DNA of 64,000 nt, taken from assembly GCA_004431415.1 (NCBI GenBank), contig QPMI01000097.1, positions 124,001-188,000 of the forward strand. Direction: 5' to 3'. This DNA is from Cyanophora paradoxa CCMP329 (taxonomy: Eukaryota; Plantae; Glaucophyta). The notes under the pieces were generated by a model. The model was not told the origin of the DNA, made no database searches, and saw only the letters and a list, made by a program, of their open reading frames with translations. Both the position numbers and the translations under genes were made by a program. This document shows positions 10,930 to 22,455 of this stretch, piece by piece; the first letter of the stretch is position 1; the number at the start of each line of letters is the position of its first letter.

Positions 10930-11640
10930 CCGGAAGCCTTTCATGATCACCAGCTGCAGTGCCACGATGTGGTCCTGAAGTCGATATCCGGATGTACATG
11001 TGGCCGTCAAGTCCGACGGTCATGGCTCATGATCATGGTCACGAAGCGAGTGAGGCTCTAGATCTATGATCAGTCTAGATCTTCACTGAGTCAATTGCAA
11101 CGTCCGACGGTCTCAAGCATACACTCATGCCATGATGATCATTGAGGCCCGAGTTCCGAGCTCGTTCACAGGCTCAATGCCCTCAGCCGCTGAGCTAGGC
11201 CCGGTGGCTCGGTAGGCTCATCCGCTGAGCGGCTTGTGGCTGGCGAGTCGCGTCCGACGGTCGGACCGTCGGACCACGGTACCGGTCCGACGGTCCTTGC
11301 GAGCTTGCAGCTGCACTGCGGCAGCTGAAGCCTTGATTGAAGCCTCATGATCATGCCATGATGATCATTGATTGAAGATGATCATCATGCCATGATAAAG
11401 CCTGGCAGGGGGCCGGGCCTTGGCATGGCCCACTGGGCCAGTGGAAGCTTCGAATTGAAACGAGTTCCAAGAAGCTTTGAATCTAGATCTAGAAGAAGCC
11501 TTTGAAGCTTCAAATTGAAACGAGTTCCAAGCCTTGAAGTTGAAAAGCTCAAGGGTTCAGAGATTCAAAATTCTGGTGCAGGTCAAGAGGTTCAATAACT
11601 GGCAAGACTCAGCGACTCGGAGAGAGAGAAAGATCTGGAA
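10930..11640. repeat. Palindrome- and short-repeat-rich intergenic island
   Basis: GTCCGACGGTC at 11011, 11102, 11252, 11285 and inverted at 11264; TCATGCCATGATGATCATTGA at 11125 and 11351; GAAGCTTCRAATTGAAACGAGTTCCAAG at 11444 and 11504. Confidence 0.75.
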
Positions 11641-11661
11641 TGCAGATGTGCGGGGCATGGT

Positions 11662-12933
11662 TCACGATCGCGAGTTCCGCAAGCCTGGCAGCTGCAGCTG
11701 AGCTGCATGCGCAGGCCACGGGCGTCCAGCTCGACACCGCTCGCGAGACTCGAGTCTGAAGCCCTCAGGGCCTCGGGCCCCGGAGGGGAGCACGGCCGGC
11801 ACGCGAGCTACTCGACGGGAGCAGACTCCAGGCCCCTCCACAGGCAGCGCCCCAAAGGGGCGATGGGGTAGCCCCAGCGGCAGAGGGCGGGGAGGCGCGG
11901 GAGGGAGGCGGCGGCGGTGCGGACGGCGGCGGCGCGCTCGAGCGCCTCGGCCGCCCGCTTCGCCGCTGCGCTCTCCACGCGCGCCACCACCCGCCGCCCC
12001 GCCCCGCCCGCCTCCCCGCCCGCCGGCCCTGCAGCCGGGCGCTTCCCCTTGCGCCCTCCCCGCGCGCGCGCCTCGGGCGGGGCTGCCTCCTCGCGCGGCT
12101 CCGGGGCGCCCGGCGGGGCGGCCTCGGGCTCCGGGGGGAGGCGGGAACGGCGCGCCCCGGGGCGCCTCCGGCTCGCAGTCGAGGGCCCGCTGTCCTCCTC
12201 CCAGTGCGCAAGGCGCCGCGGCGCCGGCGGTGTCGCCAGCGCGCGCCGCGCCCCCGCCGCGCCCGGGCTCACCGCCAGGATCGCCCGCACGGGCCGCTTC
12301 CGCAGCAGCCCGTCGTCCACCACCGCCGCCGCCCGCCCCGCCGGGCGATCTCGCTCGCCACGCGCCCCACGCGGCCCCGCGGCCGGTGCCCCCCCTGCGC
12401 GGCGCCCGATCGATGTCAGGGCGGCGCCGGCGGGCGCGGGCAGCTGCAGGCGCACCGGGTGCGTCAGCGTCGACCTCCGGGGCGCGCGCATGCGAGGAAG
12501 TCGGCGGCTTCACGTCGTACAGGGGCGAGAGGTAGACCGGGCGGCGGCATTGCGATGCCGGCGCCGGAGGCGGCGGAGAGGAGGCCCCCGCGATCGGCTC
12601 CGCATCTGGGGCTCGCCGCCGCCGGCGCTGCAGCTCTCCAGCGAGTGGCGGCGACTCGTTGCTGCGCTTGCAGCCGGGCCGCGTCAGGTCCGTGTCCGCG
12701 TGCTCCGACTGGCGGGTGACGGCGGCGGCCGCTGCAGAGGAATTTGAAGTGCTGGCGCTCGGGGTCGGCGCGGGAGAGGGTCGGCTCTCCATCGTCCCGG
12801 GGCGACACGCTGCAATCGGGGTTGACCCGCCGGCGTCGCCCAGCGCGCCATCGACAGGAGAACTCCCGGTGCCCAGGTAGATTGGCCATGGGGTCACCGA
12901 GGAGCGCGCGCCCCGCGCCGGAGTGACCTCCAT
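11662..12933 (-). CDS. Hypothetical low-complexity protein, probably spliced
   Basis: ATG at 12933 with protein-like segments (PVYLSPLYDVKP; VVDDGLLRKRPVRAILAVS; CRWGYPIAPLGRCLWRGLES) in successive frames. 3' end uncertain. Confidence 0.35.
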   Translation of the reverse strand: MEVTPARGARSSVTPWPIYLGTGSSPVDGALGDAGGSTPIAACRPGTMESRPSPAPTPSASTSNSSAAAAAVTRQSEHADTDLTRPGCKRSNESPPLAGELQRRRRRAPDAEPIAGASSPPPPAPASQCRRPVYLSPLYDVKPPTSSHARAPEVDADAPGAPAAARARRRRPDIDRAPRRGGTGRGAAWGAWRARSPGGAGGGGGGRRAAAEAARAGDPGGEPGRGGGAARAGDTAGAAAPCALGGGQRALDCEPEAPRGAPFPPPPGARGRPAGRPGAARGGSPARGARAGRAQGEAPGCRAGGRGGGRGGAAGGGARGERSGEAGGRGARARRRRPHRRRLPPAPPRPLPLGLPHRPFGALPVEGPGVCSRRVARVPAVLPSGARGPEGFRLESRERCRAGRPWPAHAAQLQLPGLRNSRS

Positions 12934-12991
12934 GTCTCCACTGGAATCTTCCGAGCAGATGCAAGTTTAGACAGCTGGCGAACAATTGCAA

Positions 12992-13473
12992 ATGCAAGCT
13001 TCGGCACCAGCCAGGGTCATCTTCGAGGTCCCCGCGACCGCAGCCGGCGCCGCGGCCGGACGGATCAAAAGTTTCGAGGACGGAGACAGCAGGCACGACG
13101 CAGGGACCATGACTGCGTCATCGATATCCGAGCAGAGCTTCGATGAGCTCGAGCTTGCATCCAGCGGCGGCTCGTCTGCGATCAAATTCTGCGAAACATG
13201 CCAGGTCAGCTCGAAGGCGTTGAGCAGGCGAGCGGATGAACGCTTCATTAGCTAAACGACAACCTTCTGCGCATGTACGCGACGCACGTGCACCTGATCG
13301 TGGCCAGCGGGCGCGGGCTCGAAGAGCGCTTCAACCTGATGCGAGAACGAAGCTGCGATCCCAAGAGCGCCTTCTTTCTCTCGCTGATCACGCTCGATGG
13401 CCAAGCACACGCGCTCGACGGTCTCCGAGAGAAATTCGGCGACAACGAGCTCCATCGCCCTTGCTCGCGCTAA
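12992..13473 (+). CDS. Small two-exon hypothetical protein (about 143 aa)
   Basis: Intron 13205-13251 (GT..TAG) joins ..AIKFCETCQ to LNDNLLRMYATHVHL..HRPCSR* in frame. Confidence 0.45.
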
Positions 13474-13598
13474 GACGTCACTACGCCGCCAGCGCTCTGC
13501 GCCAAATTAACTCTTTATGCGCTGCGAGGCGAGCTGGCAAGGTTCTTGCTTCTCAACTTCTCAAAAGTTGCGGGGTACCGCGTTGTGCACGAGCCTGG

Positions 13599-16567
13599 AT
13601 GGAGCTCGCGACGGAGCTCGCGCATCGGGCAAATGATCTCTTCCACAGGTACTACTCCGGCCTTCCGTTCAGTGCCATACTCGGCTCGGGTTACTTGCTG
13701 CTGCCGGATGTCGGCTTTGCGACCGGCCTCTACCTCCTGCATCTGCTGCCGCGCGCTCGAGTGAGCGCCCGGCGACTGGCGCTCACTGCGGCGGCGACGG
13801 CTCTGGTGACGGCGGCGCTCGTGCTGGCGGCGTCAGTGTGCGCGATGGACAGCGTCGGCGCGTACGTGGGGCAGTTCCGCGAGCAAACGATCGCACCCGT
13901 CGGCGGCGCGGGCCCGCCGCTGGATTCGGCCTCTGCGAAGAACATCGCCGTCTTCGCGCACATCAGCGACGTGCACGTGTCCGTCGAGAGGTCCCCGGGC
14001 CGCCCGCGGCGCGCGCGAGCTCCGCGCGCGCCGCCTCACGCGCGACGGACGGGGCATGCGCAGGTTCCCGCGTGCGCTCCATCCCCTGCCGCGGCGCGCG
14101 GGCGCCGGGGCAGGGCGGCGAGCTCGAGGGCGCGGCAGACACGGGCGCGGCGTTCCGGCGGCTGATGGGCGAGGTGCTGGGCGTCGTCAGGCCGCGCGCG
14201 GTGGTGGCCACGGGCGACCTCACCGACGCGAAACCCGATGGCTTCGTCGGCCGCCAGGTCGACCCGCCGGCGGCCCGGCGCGGGGCCCGCCTTGCTGATC
14301 ATGAGTGGCGGCGCAGAACGGGGAGGAGTGGGGGGAGTACCGCCGTGCCCTCGAGGAGGCCGGCTGGTGGCACCCCGACAAGTACCTCGTGCGCCGCCGC
14401 CGGCCGCCCCGCCCCACCCAGCCTCACTTGCCTAAATTGCCGCAGGACGTCCGCGGCAACCACGGTGCCCCGCCCCGCCCCCCCCCGCCCCGCCCCGCCA
14501 GGCGCGGGGCGAGCGGGGCGGGGCGCGGGGCAGACAACTTCAATGTGTCGGAGCCGTGCCGGAGCGGGGCGCATTTCGCGGCGGCGTCGGTGTCGGGGGC
14601 GCACGGGGCGTGCGCGGGGCGGGGCGCGGGGCGGCGGCACGCGGCGGTGACGTTCGGGGCGCCGGGCGGCCCCGCCGTCCGCTTCCTCGCCCTCGACCTC
14701 GCGTCCGCCGCCCCGGCCCCCGCCGCCCCCGGCCCGCCGGCGTGACCGCGCGGGGCAGGCCGGTGCCGGGGGGCCAGGTCCCCTGGAACTTCTTCGGGGC
14801 GGCGGACCGCGAGGCGCTGGACTTCCTCGAGCGCGAGGGGCCCCGCGGGGGCGCCGCCGCGCACACCTTCCTCGTCACCCACTACCCCCTCGCCACCGTG
14901 GACGCCCCGGGCCGCTCCTCCGCGGGGCGCACCCTCGCCGAGATCGTCGCCTCCCTGCCCGCCACGGGGCACCTCTTCGGCCACCTCCACCTCGAGCGCA
15001 AGATCGCCCGCCGCCGCGTCCGCCCGCCCCGCCTCCCCCCGCCCCCCCGGGCGAGGCGAGCGACGACGCCGGGGGCGGGCAGGGGGGCCTGCTCGAGCTC
15101 GGGGGCGCGGACCTGAAGACGAAGGGCCGCTTCCGCCTCCTCGTCCTCGACCACGACCTCTGCGCGCCGCCCCGCCCCCGCCCCCCGCCCCCGCCCCCCC
15201 CTGACCCGGCCCCGCCGCGCAGTCTCGCTGGCGGAGGCTGCGGTGCCGCTGGGGAAGCGGGGCGGCGGGGCGCGGGAGGAGGCGACGTGGCCGCTGGTGC
15301 GGTGACGCACCCGAAGGAGGCGGCGCTGCTGTCGGCGCGGGAGCCGCTCGGCCTCCTCGCCCGCTTCCGCCACCTCCGCGTCCTCGCCTACGCCCCCGAC
15401 GGCCTCGCCGCCGCCGCCGCCTCCGTCGGTGCCGCCCCGCCCCGCACAGCGCCGCCCCGCACGCCGCCGAGGGGAGGCGGGCAGACGGGGGCGCGCGCCT
15501 GCCGCTGGTGCCCGCGGAGGACGCCGCCGACGAGGGCCTCCCCCTGTGCGCCCGCCCCGCCGGCGCCGCGCCGCTTCGGGGGCCCACGGGGGGGGCCGCA
15601 GGCTGGTCGCCCCCTTCGACTTCTCGGCCCTCGCCCCGGGCCTCCACTCCGTCGAGGTCACCGTCACTGGTGCCCCCCCGAGGGCCGCCCCCTCCGCCCC
15701 GCCCCCGCCTTGCCGGTCGCGAGGGGCGGCCGGGGGCAGACAAAGGGAACCGGACGCGGCGGGTGGCGCACGCCTTCTCGGTGGACGGGACGGTGGCGCC
15801 CCTCACGCCCTCCTTCCCCAACTTCCTCCTCTCCACCAACGCAGTCCGCCCCCGCCCCGCCCCGCCCCGCCCCGCCCCGCCCCTCGCTCGCTCGCCGCAG
15901 CGGCCCGACGCCGCCGGCGCGGCAGGGCGCCTCTCCGGCCTGCTCTTCGCCGCCGCGCTGGCCGCCCCGCGCTGCTCCTCCTGCTCCCGCCGCTGCGGGG
16001 GGCCGCCCCGCGCCCCCCGGCGCTCGGGAGCGCGGCGGTGCTGGGGTACGGAGCCTACCTCGCGCTGGGCCCCCTCTTCGCGTCGGCCTCCCTCGCCGAG
16101 CGCCCGGGCTCGTCTTCGCGGCCGGCATGTTCTACCCCCCGAGGGCCGCCCCGCCCGCGCGCCCCGCTGCTCTGGCCCTGCGGCGCCCCGCGCCCCTCGC
16201 GTGGCCGGCCTCGCGCGCCGCGGACGTGGCGGCCGGCGAGGCGGTGGCGAGCGCCGACGGGACGCGCTACGCCCTCTCGTGGGCGTGCTTCTTCCTCGCG
16301 CCCCTCGCCGCCCTCGTCGCGGACGGGGCGGGGCGGCGGCCGGACGCGCTGCTGCGGGCGGGGGCGGCGGGGACGATGGCGGTGGGGGCCTTCAACCACA
16401 GCTACGGGCTCTCCCTCGCCTTCGGCGTGCGGGAGACGCTCCTCGAGTGCCCCGCCTGGCGCGCCACCCTGCTCGCCGCCGCCCTCGTCCTCCTCTCCCT
16501 GGGCCGCCCCCGCCGCCCCGCCCCCCCCCCCGCCGCCCCGCCCCCGCCCAAGCTCAAGGCCTCGTAG
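13599..16567 (+). CDS. TMEM62-like calcineurin-type metallophosphoesterase membrane protein
   Basis: FAHISDVHVS, VVATGDLTDAK, EWGEYRRAL, DVRGNH-DNF, PWNFFG, VTHYPL, LFGHLH, ELGGADLKTKGRFRLLVLDHDL. N- and C-terminal TM segments. Confidence 0.85.
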
Positions 16568-16758
16568 CCGCCTCAAGCTTCTCCTAGCTAATTTTCGAAA
16601 TGCGCGTTCCTCGAAGGGCAAAAAGTCTCTCCAAATATCGATGTCGGGTCGATATCCCCTCGCGACCCACATCGAAATCTCTCGAGCTCCGAATCGAATC
16701 GAATTGAAGTCTCGAGCCCTCGGAGGAGAGACTATACGTACTAATTATATCTAAGTCT

Positions 16759-16838
16759 CGAGCTCAAAAGACTCTCCAGTGAAAGTCTCAGCTCCCTGTA
16801 ATTAAATGAGACTTTCACTGGAGAGTCTTTTGAGCTCG
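16759..16838. repeat. Perfect 32-bp inverted repeat with a 16-nt loop
   Basis: CGAGCTCAAAAGACTCTCCAGTGAAAGTCTCA (16759-16790) is the exact reverse complement of 16807-16838. Confidence 0.95.
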
Positions 16839-17140
16839 CACTCGAGAACGACCCGCGCTGCACAGGGGATCGCACCAGCGTGCGCGAAAATGCTGCGGAA
16901 GTGTTGAAGGCGCGTGCATTGCAATTGCCCATCATGGCCCATTGGCATCTTTCCCCGACGTGCGCTCTCGCAGGCGAACAACGTGGACGGGGAAGAGCTA
17001 GAGAGCGAGCTCTCGACGATCGATGTCATGTGTGCGAAAATGGACGACGAGGATCCCACGCAGGACGTTGAGGAAGCCCGCCGCAAGCGCGGCGATACGG
17101 CGTGAGGAAGCCCGCCGCAAGCGCGGCGATACGGCGTGAG
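16805..17140 (+). pseudogene. Probable 5'-truncated gene fragment with an internal 34-bp tandem duplication
   Basis: Exon-like ..LENDPRCTGDRTSVRENAAEVLK / GC-AG intron / ANNVDGEELESELSTIDVMCAKMDDEDPTQDVEEARRKRGDT with no in-frame start. Duplication 17069-17102 / 17103-17136. Confidence 0.35.
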
Positions 17141-17339
17141 TGAGCCAGCCCCCCCGTGCACGCGCCCGCGCCCGGTCGGTCCGGCCCATGTTCACGCGCG
17201 GGGCAGGCGCGAGTCGGCGAGGCCCGGCGAGATGCGGTGGATAGGATCGTTATCGTTCGCGTAGTTATTCGAGGCTGTAGAATGAGAAAGGGGAAGAAGG
17301 CCGGAGACTTTGAGAGGGAGCGCGGGGCGGTGCGGGGGG

Positions 17340-20300
17340 CTACTGCTTCCAGGGGATGGATCGGATGGCGGCGAGGGTGCGGGCGAGCTTGCGGTCGATG
17401 CTGGGGTCGTCCTCGACGGCGTCCAGGAACTCGTCGCGGCTGGCCCCGAGGAGGCGCTGCGCCGCCCGCAGCGGCGCCTCCACCGCCACGCCCAGCGCCG
17501 ACATTACATTCGACAGGTACCCTGCCGCCCCGTCAGCCGCGCGGCGCGCGCGGGGCGGGGCGCGGGCGGGCCGATGTCGGTGGCGAGCTGGCGGGAGCCG
17601 GTCGCCCCCAGGTTCGGGATCTGCAGGATCTGCTCCACGTACATCTGCCCCCGCCATGCGTCAGCCCCGACGGTTGTGCCAGGCCGCCGGGACGGAGGAG
17701 GGGGGGAGGCAGGGAGGCGCCTGTGCGGTGCCCTTGGCGACGGCGGCGATCCAGCCGGCGGCGAAGGCCCCCGCCGCCTCCTCGTCCTCCTCCTCGCCCT
17801 CGGGGGCGGGGGCGGCCGGGGAGGGGAAGTCCTCGAAGAGGGGCAGGGAGGCGTGGCCGGCCCCCCCGGCAGCGGCGGCGGCGGCGAAGGGCTCGAGCTG
17901 CTGGGGCAGCGTCAGCAGGTGCTCCCCCACCTGCGTCACGTACTCCAGCGGCGACAGGCTGAACACCGGCAGCATCAGCCCGCCTGCGCCCCCGGGCCCC
18001 GCCCCGCTCAGCGCCCCGCCCCGCAGGGGTCCCCGGGCGGCGGGGGCGGCGGGAGCGGACTCGGGGCGGGGGCCGGCTCGGAGGCCCAGACGGGGAGGGA
18101 GGGGATGGGGGCGAGCTTGAGGCGGACGGCGTGCGTGGCGGCGTCGTAGACGAGCGAGCGCAGCGCCGTGTAGAGCGCCTGCAGGTGGCCCTGCGCCGCC
18201 CCCACCACGTGCAGCCGCCCTGCCGCCCTCTCACGCCCCCGCGGGGTGGCGGCGGGGCGGGGCGGGGGGGCGGGGCACCCTCGTCGAGGCGGCGGAAGAG
18301 GGCCTTGACGCGGGCCAGGCGCTCCTTGTCGCCCCGCACGCGCAGCCCGTGCACCCCCGCCCCGCCCGCCCCACCAGCGCCTCCCGCTGCACCCGCCCCG
18401 CCCCTCAGCCCGCGCCGCGCCGCGCCGGGCGGGGCGGGCCGAGGGCGGGGGCGGGCCTGGGCGGCGATGGCGGCGCGGAAGGGGGCGTCGAGGGCGAGGA
18501 GGCGGACGATAAGGGAGCGCCCGGCCGCCTGCAGCTGCAGCGCCCCCTGGAAGTCGCTCCAGTCGTGCTGGAAGAGCGCCGCCGACGCCGGCGGCGCCCC
18601 GCGCGCCGACGCCGGCGCCACCGCCGACGCCGGCGCCGCCGGGCCCTTCTGCGAGCCCGGCGCCTGCGGGCCGCCGCCGGGGCGGAGGGCCCCGGGCTGG
18701 CCGCCCGCCTTCTTCTCCTCGGGGGCCTTGTCGGGGCCGCCGAGGCGGCAGATGCGGCGCACGGCGCGGACGATGCCGGTGAGGCGCTGCGCGTACGAGG
18801 CCAGCACGTCCTGCGCGCCCGTCAGGCTGGCCCCGGGGCGGGGGCGGGGGCGGGGGCGGGGCGCGCGTTGATGCCCTCGATCATCTGCTCCGCCTCCGCG
18901 CCACCCGTGAGCTCCACGCAGCGCTCCGGCGCGTGCTGCGCGGCGTCAGGCGGCGGCGGGCGGGGTGGGGGCGGTGGATTGGGCGGGTGCGGCGGGCCTG
19001 GAGGTGGTTGAGGAGGCGCCCGACGCTCTCCTCGAAGGAGCGCACGCACTCCGCCACCGTGTCCCCCTCCTGCGCCCCGCGGTGAGCGCCGCCAGCGGGG
19101 CCGGCGGGGCGGGAAAGGGGCGGGGGCGCCTGGGCGAGGTCGGCGAGGGCGCGGGAAAGGTGCTCGGCCTCGAGGGAGCGGTAGTCGCGCTGGTACGAGG
19201 CGAACGGCCGCATCGCCGCCGCCACCGCCCCGTTCGCCTGCCCCGCCTCCGCCCCCGCCCCCACCAGGATCTCCCGGCACGACCCCGCGAAGCCGGCGGC
19301 GAGCCCGTGCAGGTCGATCAGCGCCTCCAGCGCCGACGGCGCATCCGCCGCGCCCGCCCCCGCCATGGCCCGCAGCGCCTGCGCCGGCTCAGCGGGGCGG
19401 GGCGGGGCGGGGGCGGGGGCGGGCCTGGTCGATGCGCTCGGCGTGCTGCGGGCGATGGCCTGCAGCGCGTGCACGAGCAGCTGCGCCCCCGCCCCTCGCC
19501 CCCCGCAACGCCCCGGGGCGGGGCGGGGCGGGGCGGGGCGGGGCGGGCTTGCCTGGGGGAGGAAGTGCCTGCTCTCGGGGAAGACGCTGGCGCACCAGGC
19601 GGCCTCGCCGTTGACGAAGGCGAGGGTCTGGTCGTAGAAGGAGGCCAGCCAGCGCGCCAGCTGCTGGTGCGCCCGCTCCCCCGCCTGCACCCCGCTCCAC
19701 GCCCCCCACGACGCTGCCCGCCCCCTCCCGCCTCGGCGGCGCCCCGCGCGGGCGGCGAAGGCGGGCGGGGTCACCGGCGATGGCCTTCTGGCGGGCGGCG
19801 ACGTAGAGGTCGCCGATGAGGGCGCCCCGGCCCACCTTCTCCAGCACCTCCTTGTACATCCGCGCCCCGTCTGCCGCCCCGCCCCCCGCTCAGGCGCCGG
19901 CCCCGCGCGCGGCGCGCGGCGCGGGGGCGCGGGGCGGGGCGCGCCCTGGTTGCGGCTCTCGAGGGCGTCGACGAGCTTCTGACTCACGAGCGCCTCCAGC
20001 TTCTCCTGCATCTCCCCCGCCTGCCGCCCCGCCCGGCGTCGCGCCGGGACCGGCGGCCGGGGCGGCGACGGGGCGGCGGCGCGGGCGCACCCGGCGCTGG
20101 TACTGCTCAAACTCGGGGACGCCCTGGAGGGCCTTGACGCTGCGCTGCATGGCCCCGAGCGTCTCCGCGATCTGCCGGCGGCTCGTGCGGCGCGGCCGGG
20201 GCGGGGCGGGGTGTGGCGGGGCGGGGGCACGGAGGAGAGGTCGCCGGTGGCGAAGACGCGGTCCATCTCCTTGGCGAGCTTGGCGACGTTGTCCGCGTCG

Positions 20301-20853
20301 CCGAGCACCGACAGGCAGTTGTCCATCTTGTGCTTGATCGTGTCCACAGACGCTATCGCCGCCACGCACCCGCTCGTCTCCTGCTCGATCTGCCGCCGCC
20401 CCGCCTCTCGCCCCCGCGCCCGCGCAGCGAGCGGGGCGCGCACCTGCGTCAGGTTGGCGCTGATGTTCAGCGTCGTCGATTTGAGGCCCATCGCTTCGTT
20501 CCGGAGCCGCTCAAGCTCACGCATCGTCCTGGGGCGCGTCGGCTTCGGTGGCCGGCGAGCGGCCGGCCGGCGCACCGGGTCAGGCTGTGCATGGATTTCG
20601 TGCCTATCTCCTCTAAGCTTCGGTTCAGGTCTCCTGACAGGAACTGCAGCTTCTGCACCAGGGTCGCTACGTGCGTCTGCGCGAACTCGGTCAAGCGCGG
20701 CAGAGACGTGGCTGGCGAGCTCAGGTGCAGGCCCCGGCCGAGACGCGAGCGGCGCACGTCGAGGTTCTCCTCCGGCGCGCGTCCGCGCTTGAGTGCGTCG
20801 TTGACCCAGCGGAGGACGTCGAACGAGGCATCGCTGAACGCCTCTAGGTCCAT
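17340..20853 (-). CDS. COG7: Conserved oligomeric Golgi complex subunit 7
   Basis: MDLEAFSDASFDVLRWVNDAL, ATLVQKLQ, DTIKHKMDNCLSVLGDADN, LPVFSLSPLEYVTQVGEHLLTLPQQLEPF, YLSNVMSALG. Confidence 0.92.
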
Positions 20854-21179
20854 CTCGAGGTCCCACGCTTCGAACCTCGAGTGGCGCTCGAGGTTCGGAC
20901 GGGCCGATGGCGCGCGATGATGCTGCGAACGAAGTGCAGATTGTACGGGGGGAAGACTGCGCGGCAGTTACCCCCGCACGCGCAGTTCTTTGCGCGGCTC
21001 CTGGCGTCCCGCCCAACCAGCCCGGCTGCTATAGCTAGCGCTAGCATGCGAGACACACGCTCGCCTATTTGGGGCAGCACCACAGCGACTGCACTGCGCG
21101 TGCGGCAGGAATCTCGTTTTGCCAGGCTGTAGCTAGCGCTGCTAAAAGCCCGACGGCGGCGGCGCGGCGCCGCGGCGCT

Positions 21180-22319
21180 CTACAGGCCGCCGCAGTCCGC
21201 GATGACGACCGGGCTGCGCACGTCGCCGTCGTCGTTGATGCCCTGGGCCTCCATCTTCTTCACCACTGGTGATCGCAACTCGAAATCAGCAAACTTTGAG
21301 ACCCGCGTGCGAGGCGGCGAGGCGCGGCTGACCGTCCACGCCCTCGACGACCTCGCCGAACACGACGTGCATGCCGTCGAGCTGCGAGCCTTCGGTCAGC
21401 GCCGGGGCTCGGCCCGCGAGCAGCGCGGTGGCGCACCCACGAGGTCACGGCCGTCGTGATGAAGAACTGCGAGCCGTTCGTGTTGGGCCCCGCGTTAGCC
21501 ATGGAGAGGAGGAAGGGCTTGGTGTGCTTGAGCTTGAAGTTCTCGTCAGGGAAGGTCTGAGAGGCACGTTAATTTCCACGTGGTATGCGGCGCCCACTGT
21601 CGGGCGCTGCGCCGCACCACGCCGTAGATGGACTGCAGTAGGCGTGAGACGGGGGTGGGGGGGTTTAGCGTCGAAAACCGCGGACCTCGCCCCCCGTCCC
21701 GTCGCCGGCAGTGAAGTCACCGCCCTGGCACATGAACTCCTGCAGAGGCCTTAAAAGAGGCCGCGCATTTTGTGCGGGGCACGAGGCAACGCACTTGGAT
21801 AATGCGGTGGAATCCAGAACCCTTGAAGTGCAGCGGCTTGCCAGACTTCCCGCGGCCCTTGTCGCCAACGCACAGGCGGTAGAAATTTTCGGCGGTCTTA
21901 GGCGTCACGTCGTCTGCGCCGCGCCTCGACGTCAGGCGGACCAACTTGAAAGCGCGTCCCCGTGCATTGGGCGGCGTCCCTACGCATTCCTCTCGAATTT
22001 AAGGAGCTATCAGGCGGACCAACTTGCAAGCGCGTCCCCGTGCATGGGGCGGCGTCCCTACGCATTTCTCTCGAAATTAAGGAGCTATACCGGCGCATTG
22101 AGGACTGAAAATAGCCCGGCCCTCGGTCGCCTCGCGCCGCGGCCCTGCGCCGTCCGCGAATGACGCAGAAACGGACCGTAGAGTTGGAAGACGATGCTGG
22201 GGCCCCGAAACGAGCGATCAGCGGACGTCTACGTCGAAAGTCAACCCGATGCTCGCGCACCGGCCGACGGGCTTCGCTGCGATGGTTATATCCATCCAAC
22301 ACTTGCGGCGGCTCGCCAT
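21180..22319 (-). CDS. Cyclophilin-type peptidyl-prolyl isomerase (single domain)
   Basis: [91 protein letters not shown]. Confidence 0.95.
21932..22087. repeat. 78-bp tandem duplication inside cyclophilin intron 2
   Basis: Copies start at 21932 and 22010 and differ at 4 positions. Confidence 0.92.
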
Positions 22320-22455
22320 GTTCAGTCCGATGCGTCGGTTTGCGGCTTTGTAGAGAATGACTCGCCGAATTCTGACGGGATGGTGATCGGCGAGCCTACC
22401 CCCCCCCTAATCGGCGCATCGGTTGCGCGAACGTCGAACCAGCGTAATAGTCAAG

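Noticed and set aside
11011-11295. CRISPR-like reading of the GTCCGACGGTC repeats (and of the 41192-41289 array)
   Set aside because: Repeats are too short, irregularly spaced and of mixed orientation; the context is eukaryotic with no cas genes.
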